DNA from: Dipteris shenzhenensis
Taxonomy: Eukaryota
Direction: 5' to 3' (one strand)
Assembly: GCA_047967505.1 (NCBI GenBank)
Contig: CM106538.1
DNA: 64,000 bases
Shown: positions 38,630 to 49,932 of the stretch, in pieces
Layout of the letters: each line of letters starts with the position of its first letter
Numbering within the stretch: position 1 is the stretch's first letter
The notes under the pieces: generated by a model
What the model saw: only the letters and a program-made list of their open reading frames with translations
The model's database searches: none
What the model was told of the DNA's origin: nothing
Program-made: the position numbers and the translations under genes

Positions 38630-39210
38630 CGACAATGATGCTTGATGTGGACTCCTTTGTGATGCTTTGGGAGTAGACTCTTCCTCTAGAGACTTCGATG
38701 CTTTTGGCATATATGGACTCCTTCTCCGAGCATAGAATTTGTCTATTTCTAAGCGTGGACTCAGTTGTGATGCTTTGGACATAGAGTCCTTTGGAGGCTG
38801 TGATTCTCCGAGCATATATTGAATCTCTACTTTTGAGCATGGACTCGGTCATGATGCTTTGGGCATAGACTCCTCTAGAGGCTATGATGCTTGCAGCATA
38901 GACTGAATCTCTACTTCTACTTGTGGAGTCTGTTGTGATGATTTGGGTGTAGACTCCTCTAAAGGTTGTGATGCTTTGGGTGTAGACTCCTCAAAAGGCT
39001 GTGATGCTTTGGGCATAGATTGAATCCCTACATTTGCTTATAGACTCTGTTGTGATGCTTTGGGTGTAGACTCTTTGAGCATAGATGGAATCTCTACTTC
39101 TACTCATGGACTCGATTGTGATGCTTCGAGAGTAGACTCCTTAAAGTTTGTGATGCTTTAGGAGTATATTGAATCTCTACTTCCTCTTGAGCCTTTGATG
39201 TAGATTTGGG
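38630..39210 (-). repeat. Coding-like minisatellite (ESTPKASQ-type units)
   Basis: More than a dozen tgtgatgctttgggtgtagactcc-like units; the minus strand reads ESTPKASQ and MPKAS. Confidence 0.8.
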
Positions 39211-39319
39211 TGTCTAATTTACTTTAATTGGAGATTGAGCAATTACGTATCAAATGGTATGAGCCACAAATGTAATAATTCTACATCAAAATATGTTGAC
39301 ATTGACGATTGCGAGCCCT

Positions 39320-39700
39320 TCACATCAAACATTTCATTGAGGAGCAACTTGCAGTTGTAGCACCCATAGGTGTGTGCATCAGTTTGATCTACAACCTCGC
39401 ATCTTTGTAAGTCCATTGCTTCTTGCAAGTCACCATTGTACTTTGTGACTTGTCCAATTGCACTTATTAACTTTGATGTAGACTTGTCCATCATAACATA
39501 CAACGGAATGAATAAATGCATTGCACAAGAGAGCTACCATGAAAGTTATAAGGCATTAAGACACTAATGCATTGCCACCATGATGTCTTGCCATTGAATT
39601 GGTAAAATAACATTTCTTTGCATGAAGATTTAGAGTCACTAAACTCCAAATGTTTCCTACATAACCAATTAAGAATATTTATTATTTGACTATGTCTTAC
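39320..39700 (-). pseudogene. Ulp1/C48 (SUMO/ubiquitin-like protease) domain remnant
   Basis: LMPYNFH-[2-nt loss]-VALLCNAFIHSVVCYDG ... DQTDAHTYGCY fits HW..YD..Q.D...CG with the catalytic TGT changed to TAT at 39368-39366. Confidence 0.65.
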
Positions 39701-40859
39701 CTCTGGCAAAAGTAAATATAAGGTTGTGGTGTCACTTATTCCTCATAATATGGCCTAATGATAACTCATACATCGTCCATATTGAGAGATTGTATCCAAG
39801 TACAAACATCTCCTATGGACTTTTTCCCCAGGGGGTCCACTAGGGTTTATCGTATGGTACCACATGAGTGTAAGGGAGGGGGGTTATATAAGGGAAGGAA
39901 GGTACATTTTATAAGGTAAGGTCTCGTAAATAGTGGTAGATAAGGGGAATCTTCATATATTTATTACACACAGGTAACGTCTCCTTCTTACTACTAGTGA
40001 ATCCCTCGTGTCTTTTTCTTATTATTGAGCCAAGTACAAAGCAAGGAATCTATGATATATACACACTTCCCAAAAACTATAGGATACCAAGATATAATTA
40101 TACTCCACCAAACAATAAACGAACATTAGCTCATTAGATTTAATTAAAATATAAATACTAATCCAAGATAAAGTTTGTATCAAACCTAAGGGTGGCCATC
40201 ATAACTTTATCATTAACCTCTTTCTCACTATGTCTTAGGATTTGAATCTTTCCTTCACCAAATGATAACTATTGAGATTTTTGTCCAATGAGAACTTGAA
40301 CATCAAACTTGCTTCCCATGTCTTGTAGCTTAGACAAATTCTTAGAATTCTTCAATGTGAGTTGCACCAACCTCATATGCTCCGAGTTCCTATATAAGCC
40401 AAGTAGTTGACTCTCCATGTTAGGAAAGTCTTTCAGTGATCCTCTTATTGTCTCAAATATTTCCTTTTGAGCTTTCCCAGCAATCACCATATTGATCAAA
40501 GTTGAAGGCAAGATTGTGGCTCTCCCTGCTACTGTGGCGCTGACTTTAGATCCACATGCAATCATTCCTCTGCCATCTAAAAAAATACAAAATCTTGTGA
40601 GATAGATAGGCTATAGTTAAATATAATGCTTGTAAAAGAAAAGTATTTGTCATATCGAGATATACATCTGTGTTTTCTTTTCGTAATCTTGTGAGCCATG
40701 CAGATTATCCATGTCATCATCTACGATCATATCTACATCATTACATGCATCCTCTTTGTCATTATCTACATACTCTTTATCTTGGGAGCCATCAAGATGA
40801 TCCATGTCATCATTTCCAATCCTCTTATGTTCCAGGTCTCTTTCTTGTAGATCAGCTTG

Positions 40860-43140
40860 CAAGTGAAAGTGTGCCATGCAAGCCTTTCTGTCAATAATCA
40901 TTGGTGGAATATCCTTTTTTGACAAGATCTTCAAAAAGATATCCCATCTGCAATAAGGTGACCTCCCAATTAAGCGGTTGCAAGTATTCCAACATAGTAA
41001 ACAAAAGACTTCCACTTTTTACTAGACAGTCTTAGATTTGGGAGTGCTTTAGATGATGAGAGGACTTGTAGATTTCTTGCTCTTCTGGCATGAGATGCAA
41101 ACTCTTGGAAGTCTCGCTTATGTTACCTTGTATGGACTCTGTATGCATAACATGAATGATTCAACGATTAGATCTTTACTTGCATTATCTCTTGCTTCTC
41201 TTTGTTGCATACACACCATTGTAGATCTTGAAATTAGAGCATTAACTTTCTCCAAAGTGCTATGCATCTCTTCCTTGTTTTTTTAATTAATAAAAATGAC
41301 AATATTGCAAAGTCCAACTCTACTAATGGTCGCATATAGTATTCTATCGATGAATTAGCGAATATCATTAGAAGAAACCTCACCGATGAAGAATACTAGG
41401 GGCTTATCCCAACTTGATTCATCAAGAAGAAAGTCCTCATATAAAACTCCCCTATACGCTACAACCTTTCCACATTTTGAATTGATGTTCGCATTGAATT
41501 GAAAGCCGTGGTTGACATAACTTGATATTATCATTTGGTGCTCATTCACTAGCTTCTCAACATATGCAATCACCTGTTGTGGGATTTAGGCTCTCATGAA
41601 TGAGGTAACAACTTCGGACCCATCTTCTTGGTTCTTCATCCACTTATGTGCCCATGCCTTTTCCTTAGCTGTGGATAAAGCGGCTATATGCTACACAATA
41701 CTAGGGCCAATATTGCAACAGGGATATCTTTTTCTATGAGAAGACATCTAATCACACTATCCACTGCATCACATTTCACATGTACGTTGATGCACTCCTC
41801 CATGTAATGATATTTGTCCTTCTTGCCAAAAATTCATTCTTTCTTGAGGAGTTTCTCTACTACCATGGTTACATAGGTGACTGGCAAATATTTTACGGGC
41901 CTCCACATTCTTGCTGTCACCTCTTTTTTCTCAACGTTTAACTTTTGTGATGGAAACAAAGGACCTTCATAGGTAATGTCACCCTTCTCATATGCATGGC
42001 AGACTACTGCAACTTGCTCAAATAGCTCATCGGGCCAAAAACTTATACTTGTTTACCTTGAAGCTTGTGAGAGATTCTTCCCGTTCTTGATTTCCCCTTG
42101 GTACAACTGCACTTACACGTATAAAAATTCACCAATGTGTTTGCATATAATTCTTTTCAAATGTGTTACTAGAGAACCAAGTGTCGCCCATAGACACCTC
42201 GTTTTCATTAGGATTTCCAATGTCGAGGTTATCGTATGCTTTGCAAAAATATCATGATTTAGTCTTTCAAACTCAATCGAATATTTTGTTACATATAAAA
42301 ATGGAAGGGAAAAACCTTTGAAATTTGACTTGGAGTCAGTCTTTTGGAGTCCCTTGCCTGTCTAGCGAGTTCATTGCAAGCATAAGCATAATGCTGACCA
42401 TCAATCAGCTCAAATTTAAAATGCAAAAAAAAAAAAATTGCCTCTTTCAAAATTGTCTCGAAATTTGCCTCTTCCCCCTAGGGTTCATGCGGAATTGGTC
42501 GAACGTATTGTGTGAAGGATTGGGTGAATGTCTCCTCAAAATGCGTAGGTCCTTCTAACTTAATTCTATTATCACGGCTGCCTATATTTGGACAAAACAT
42601 CATTGGATGCATGACTACATTGGAGACCATGGGTTTCTTACCATCCACCAAAGCCCTGTATATCTACATAGCGTAAGATATATCAAGATTCCTGTCGTTG
42701 GTAAAAATGCTTGCTGACTCCACATCTCGAGCATTCACAGCATAGGGCTTTTGTCCCCATACATATCCCACATCATCTTCTGTGATTGTCTCATTAAGAT
42801 GTAGATTGAGCTTCTTTATTGAGATGAGATCATCTTTATCTTCCTCAACCTCTTGATCTGACTCTTCTTCCTCTTTCTCTTCTCTGTCCTATTCCTCTTT
42901 CACATACGGAGGAACATTGTCTTTTTTCAGAGATAGCCTTTGGAACTATGGCCCTTGCAATACTAATATTTTGCATTTTGCATCAATTCTCATGCCCTTA
43001 ATTGAACAATACAATGATGATAGGATTGTCATGTATGCCTTGAAGAATATGTCCCATATGAGTGCAAAGAATACACTTGGATTCTTCACCTTTACTATTC
43101 TTGCCAACATGACCATGGATTGCTTTGGATTGAGAACTTG
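40860..43140 (-). pseudogene. Decayed gene with ParB/Srx-type IDGQH(R) motif and a possible degenerate methyltransferase-like C-terminal region
   Basis: Long stop-interrupted frame: acidic stretch, FKFELIDGQHYAYAC (42420-42376), TSTLEILMKTRCLW, FWPDELFEQVAVVCHAYEKG. Confidence 0.55.
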
Positions 43141-43149
43141 CCAATTTAT

Positions 43150-43568
43150 GGTGAAGTGACAGACTTAGAAATAGAAGACTTTGGTGACATATATACTACA
43201 ATAAACATTTCTAAATTTGGCTTGCCCAACAAAGACATTCAAATACACAAACACAAGATAACTTGTCAAAAAAGGAAAAAAGCTTTTGCTTTCACTTCCC
43301 ACCCCCTCCTATGAGAATGACTAAAATTTTTCTTCCCCTTGAAGAATCTCCAATCATAAGTACATGCAAAAACACAAGATCATTCCACACACACAAGTTA
43401 GACATTCACTCATGCAACAACATCCTTGCTACAACTATCATGTCCCCCCAATCAACTCATGAGCATCATCCTTCTTTATTGATATACTCCAACACTCCAT
43501 AAAAGGAAATTAAAACATTGAAATAATGAAGGCAGTGCTATCGAGCACATCATATGCTCTCTTTTTTT
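43150..43568 (+). mobile_element. Helentron-type fragment with 3' end
   Basis: IQIHKHKITCQKRKK..F.FPPPPMRMTKIFLPL is homologous to 52120-52220; terminal hairpin gagca-N7-tgctc followed by a T run. Confidence 0.6.
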
Positions 43569-45680
43569 GGCCGTGCAAGGGTCCTATGGGGTTGTCGAGC
43601 TATTGTTTGTTAAGTAGAGCCATTGTTTGGGGATTTGTTTGTTTGGTCAAGTTGACCGTGTCTTAGCATGGTTGAAGTTAGGTTTAGGGATAGTTTATTG
43701 GTCTAAAAGGTGGGTTAGCATGGCACTCTTCTCTCCTATTCTTTAAGCTCCTGTCTCTCTCTGCTGCTCTCGTCTCTGTTCTTTTCATCATGGCGGCCAT
43801 CGTGTTTCTTTGTGATGGTGTTGATTGCGGTTCGGTCGTTTTTTATGGTGGCCATGCCGGTTCTTTGATCGTTGTTGGCCTACGTATTCTCTATTCTGAC
43901 ATGTTGTTAGTGCAGATTTGCATTTTAGATGTGGGCCTTTCTTCCACTGGTGAATCCAAAGTAGCTATCATAATTGCAATTGATTTTGGGCTTGTTTGTT
44001 TCTTTTCTTGTAGGTATGCGAGGAGCTGTAGCTGTGTGGTGAAGTAGAGATGAGTGCATCCTCAAAAAACATTCTTGATTAGTGTAGTATTGTAGAGACC
44101 CCACATCTGATGAGCATTGTATGCTTTGTCAGATGATTAAGGAGACTATTCTGTCAATAAATGGGGGCTTATCGATTTGATCAGCTCATAGCTATACTGA
44201 ATTGATATAGGTTAGTATATGCTTCTTGTGTGTGCATCCTACTCTCATTTCAATAATGCATGCGTGTCTATTTAAGCGTGCCTTCTTGTGAAACGTACAC
44301 AGTTTCTCATTCTTTGCTTATGAGTCTTGGTGGTTGTGTTTCTTTCGCTTTGGATGTGGAGATTGCTGATTGTTATGAAGGTGTGTTCCTCTTCTAACTA
44401 TTGCATGAGAGAAGTTTTCTTCTTGCTTATTTTGAGGTCACAGATCTGTTTGGTTTGGTCTGTTTGTGTTGTTCTACTTTTGGATCTAGTTTTGAGGGCA
44501 GAGATCTATTGTCCTATTCATTTCGCAGTCTAAAATGAGGGCATCGTACTCTGTCACATTATTTATAGTGAACACAGTCTTTGTTTTAGTGTGTTCATTT
44601 CATGGGGATCTTGGATTGTTGTTGTAGAGTGGCTTTGCTATCTCGTTTTTGTTTGTCTTGAGTTGCGTGTGCATATGAGGTTGTGTCTGTGTAGCTCGTC
44701 TGCTACATGGTGATCCTGAGAAAGTAGGACACTGCAATGTGAAGTGAACTATGCGTTGACCCAATGTGTAACATTTTCCTTCTTTGCTTTTACTTTGTTT
44801 GGTTTACTATAAAGTATAGTCCAATTTTTGCTTGTCTTAATAGGTATATTAGGAGCCCCCAGCATTCCACATTGATTATTATTGAAAATTTTGAGAGTTG
44901 TATATGACAAGAACTTATTGATGGCCAAAATTACAAAGAGTATCTTTGTTCCAAGTTGTTATTCATTTTGTTAAAAATGTTTATTATTTGAAAACTGCAA
45001 TATACAAAATATTTGTTCCAAGTTGTTATTCATTTTATAATTTTTAGTTATTAATAACCTATAATATACATAATGTTTTGTATGCCATCTATTACATAGA
45101 ACATAGAAAATGACATTGTGAACTATTTATTTGTTTATACTTTGAACGAAAGCATGATAACATTAAGAATGCATTAGTTTTATTTTTTATTTTGTTGTTT
45201 CCATTGTAGCAGAGATATAAAGCATCTTGCAAATTAGAGTAATAAATTAAAAAACTTACATTGGTGATGCGATTCAGAAGTATGTTTCTTGCTGCTAATT
45301 TTTTAAGAAATCTTTCAATAAAGGAAGCAAATATGTTATATTTTTTAGCTTTTAAGATGTAAGTTGCAGTATATATAAAATTAGTACATGCTTTCAATGA
45401 ACAACCCTTTACTAAAAGAATTACATCATTGAGAAAATTGGATTTGTATTATAATGTGTACTGTCACATAAACTGATAACTTTTTTTATTGTAGTAAATA
45501 ATTCTATTCAAATAGTTTGCAACAGATGGATTGTCTCTTTTAGATAAATAAATATAATTGATAAAACTATTTAATTTTAGTTTATTCAATTTAGTAATAG
45601 TCCTATCTAAGTAGTTTGGTAATCTGTCTATTTCTTAGCAGCCACTAAACATGTATATTGACATTGAAACTTTTCATTAA

Positions 45681-47702
45681 AACACTATTGCAGATGAAGT
45701 GAGAACTATTTCATAGAAACGAGAACTAAATAGAATATTCTTTTTTATACCGTTAAAAATTGCCATTTTTTACTCATTTATAAAAAAATGGTTTCCTATT
45801 ATACGTCCCAAAAAAAAAAAAACACTAGCAAAATGGAATTCTTGACTTAACTAGATTTGCATGAATACATTAAATTGAGTACATTCTCCATTAAACTGAT
45901 GTACACACGAGGAAGAAAGTTAGCTTGATTGCAATATTATCATATCAAAATAAAAGAAAAATCTACCCATCATATTGTCCGCATATTTTTGTCTCCTCAT
46001 CAAGCACGTATTTTGTAATTCCTGGATGATGATGCTAGCATATATTGCATCCTCATCTATTTGTGGAAATTTAAATTTGATCTCCATCTTGGTATCTATA
46101 AGTCACGAGGAAAGTTGATGCTATTATGACTCATAGCTCATGATAGAAGTTGATGATGTTATCAAGTTATGTCATAAGTTGAAACAAAATAGCAATTAGC
46201 CATAATATGATTTGAACTTGGGCAATTAGAGTTATATCTATGCTAGGATTATTGCTTGGTGCTAGTAGGGTATATGTGTTGATTAGATGGAATTTATTTC
46301 TATAAGGAATTTTGTAGTAAATAATCACCCCCTTACATTGCACCTAATTTTGGAGGGAATTCAGATCCAAGGTTGAACAAAGTGCCAAAAAATAATTGTA
46401 GAGCCACTGCTACTCTAAATTTTGAGCCATAAAGCTCCCAAAACAAAATTCTGGTTCAAAAGTTATAGCCGTTTTACTATTTCTGTCATTATTATGACAA
46501 AATTTGATGATGTTATAGATTTCTATCATAACTTATGAGATATCGTCGATTTTTGTCATAACTTATGAAAAAACTCCATGCTATTATCGAGTTTTATCAC
46601 AATCGTGCCAAAATTTGATGATATCATCGACTTTCATCATAACCTTTGCTACAACTCGATGCCGTCATCAAATTTAGGGTTAACTTTATGACATGGCTCG
46701 ATGATATCATCAAATCATGTCATAATTTGTGATTTTTTAACGGTTTAGGGTACTTTTGGGGTGAAAAGTGACATGCAAGTCCACATTCAATTTTAGCTTT
46801 TTTGCAAGTTTTTCTCTAATCGCCTCTCTTTTTCGCAAAGTTTTTCCCTAGTCGCCTCTCTTAGAGAGTTGCCTACAATATTCCAAGCGTGATCTTTTAC
46901 CTTAGCCACATAGAAATTGCATATGATATTCCAAGCTGCTCTTAGAAAGTCGCCCTAATATTCCAAGCCTAATTTTTTATCTCAGCCACATAAAAGTTGT
47001 AGTTAATAATGATCGGGTGCAAGCATCATCATCACAAACTCAACCTTCCCTTCATTATGAGGCTAGTGAATTTGTTGAGCTAGAGCATGAAGCTATTCAG
47101 GAAACTAGAATAGGTTCAACTATTGTACAAGAAGGAGAGATTGCTACCACTATTGATAAGATAGGCATATATTATGTTGATTTTTAGTTAGACATTTGGT
47201 TTTTCATATAAATTTTAACATATGGACATATTTTAAGATATTTAAATAATGTGGTTTTCTATTTGTCATATGGGTTTCCCATTTGATACATATTTCACAT
47301 GTACTTCATTTGGTTTCTTGGTTATGATATAAATAATAATATCTTTCATGCTCATTTGGTTTGAATTACATTTCTATACCATGAGTGATGATCAAATCTT
47401 AGTGTGACTTTGTGAATGTAAAATATTTCTTTCAACCTTTAAAATAAAATCCATAATCTAGCGTGTGTTTTGAAGATGATTTTCATGTGTAGTCAAGTTT
47501 GAAAGCCTAAGTGTATGTATCTAGTTCATCTTTAAAAGTTGCATTGCATAAATTTGTGCCCTTTTGTAGAATCAATTGTTTTTGGAGATGGACCTATGAG
47601 AAAATCAAATACTTTTAAAAAGTGGCCAATAGTCCTAGGATTTTGAACATAATCTTTTTTCAAAAAGCCATGCAATGTTCTCACTTCATCTGTAATAGTG
47701 TT
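45681..47702. mobile_element. Non-autonomous 2.0-kb TIR DNA transposon flanked by TTAA
   Basis: TIRs AACACTATTGCAGATGAAGTGAGAAC and GTTCTCACTTCATCTGTAATAGTGTT (25/26 match); TTAA at 45677-45680 and 47703-47706. Confidence 0.82.
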
Positions 47703-47800
47703 TTAAGAAATCATGTTCTATTGTCTCTATCTCTCAGTAGAGCAGAATTTATTGGTATTGTGATTGAAACTCTAGAGACAAAAATAAATGTTTGAAACAG

Positions 47801-49378
47801 ATGATCAATGGTGATGCCTCCCTTCTATCTTCTCCTCCCCTATAGTCCAAAACAAAAGTCCTGTGAAAAGAGCTTTATTTGATTCGCCTAATTCTCTTGA
47901 AAAGAAGCCAAAGATTGTTTCTATGAAGGAGGAAAATCCATCGCCCTTCCCATCTGTGGATATTGTCCCTTTCCCTGCCTTGTATGAAGTAGAGAATTGG
48001 GTGGAAGAAGAAAACAATGGACCTGTTGTGAATGCTATCGTAGTTCCTGACATTGACTTGACTATGAAGAATGCCATTTTTTATGGAAAGATTCTTAATA
48101 AATATGGTACTTTCATGCTATCAAATGTCAATTATCCCAAGTGCCTAAAGGTGGACCTTGCTGATAGGAAAGGTATAGGGTGTATAACTCTACACATATA
48201 GGAACTCTATTACACTGATTTCATTAGATTTCTCAATGTTGGGGATTGCATCCGTGTGACCAACTTCTCAGTATGCATAAAGAATCCTAGGAATGATGGA
48301 GGCACTACTGAATACATCATTGCCTTCGACCCCTCTACTCGTATTGAACGTATACCGCCTTTCAGTGTTGTGCTCAAAATATATCCAGAGCAAACAATCT
48401 CATAATACAAGGAGAAATGCAAAAATCTAATTAACAAAGGTGAAGGCAATCAACTATCGTTAGCCACATTAGCTATCACAATCATCAAGCTTGGTGCATC
48501 GTACAAGCAACATGATGAGCTCATAGTGGGAGACGGGGAATAAAGATCTTATCATAGTAAGCACTTTCTCTTTCATGTCATGATTGAAAACATTTGACTA
48601 ATGCACCTAGCATGATGAATGAATTATTGATTGTGTTGAATTCTATAACCATACTTGCTGCTTACTTTCTGGACCAATAGGCGTGCAGACTACATCAAAG
48701 TGGCAAAGAGTTTTAAGGTTTTTGGTGAAACACAATTTGTTCTTCACAATGTTGGTTGCAAGAAGAACACACAACCCATTGCGTTAAACATGCTGGACAT
48801 TACTATCCTTGCACTAATAAAAGATCCAAATCTGACAATTTTTCTTCAGAGAGTATTCAGCATGCACATACAACATATTGGCTATGGAATCAGGTCCCAA
48901 CTTAAATTAGTTACTACAACATAGTGTTTCCAAATTGCAATTTCTTTGCCAATACTTAATTTACTAACTAATTTGGTTTTCATACAGGTTCTTGAAACAC
49001 TATCTGTGACAGGTGTCAATGTTGCTTTGTAAGAGTCTGCATGCTCTCTTTGTAAAGAGAACAAAATCTCAAGGGAATGTGAAAAAGTGATTTGCTTGGC
49101 ATGTAACAAAATAACTTCACCTATAAAAAACCCGAGAATCAAGGCTCTTGTAAGAAGCATAAAGGGAGCTACAGTTGAAGTTCTCTTGAAAGATAACATT
49201 GTGGACAAGGTATTGTAGCTGCCTCGTCCCTTTGTGGATCTCCTTCAAGACAACCCGCACTTGCTCAAGTCTTATCTTTTCAACTAGAAATTTGAAGGCC
49301 GCTTCTTAATCAATATGTTTGGAATGGTGACTGCATATATTGCACCAAAGGTGGAAGAAGCCCAAGAGGCAATGTAAT
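47801..49378 (+). pseudogene. RPA70-like OB-fold ssDNA-binding gene (spliced, decayed)
   Basis: FYGKILNKY..LKVDLAD..FLNVGDCIRVTNFSV..IAFDPSTRIERI (OB fold); ACSLCKENK...VICLACNK (zinc ribbon resembling RPA70 DBD-C); acceptors at ~47800 and ~48987. Confidence 0.65.
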
Positions 49379-49885
49379 GAGAAGTTTTATAGCTTCATGG
49401 ACCATTGTATTCAAACTTCATATGCAATGAATTGATTGTGTTGGTTCTCAAAAGTTATTCTCACCTTCTTCATTCTTGCCAATAAACAAACCTTGGTAAT
49501 TGAGACGTTAATAGATTGCAATTTCTTCTTACTCTTTTAAGTTCATATAAATCTTGTAAATGTACTCCACAACAAATCAACAAACTTAATGCCTTCTTCA
49601 TTCCTTGCATTTAAACTTTACGTTCAATATACAATTTGTGACTGAGAAGTTATATAGCTTCATGGACCATTGTATTCAAACTTAATATGCAATGAATTGA
49701 TTGTGTTGGTTCTCAAAAGTTATTCTCACTTTCTTCATTCTTGCCAATAAACAAACTTTGGTAATTGAGACGTTAATAGATTGCAATTTCTTCTTACTCT
49801 TTTAGGTTCATATAAATCTTGTAAATGTACTCCACAACAAATCAACAAACTTAACACCTTCTTCATTCCTTGTATTAAAACTTTC
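49378..49885. repeat. ~240-bp tandem duplication (period ~265 bp)
   Basis: gagaagtt.tatagcttcatggacc...cttcattccttg.att.aaacttt occurs twice. Confidence 0.9.
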
Positions 49886-49932
49886 ATAAAATTTATCTTG
49901 AGCTCATAGGTGCAAAAGCATATCTTCTTCAC

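Noticed and set aside
38630-39210. CRISPR-like regular repeats
   Set aside because: Degenerate units without unique spacers, no cas genes, eukaryotic context
44900-45676. Very AT-rich stretch as an organellar or viral insertion
   Set aside because: No identifiable gene motif; composition alone is insufficient
45683-47700. Canonical CACTA element
   Set aside because: No 3-bp direct TSD; the inverted match extends outward to TTAA
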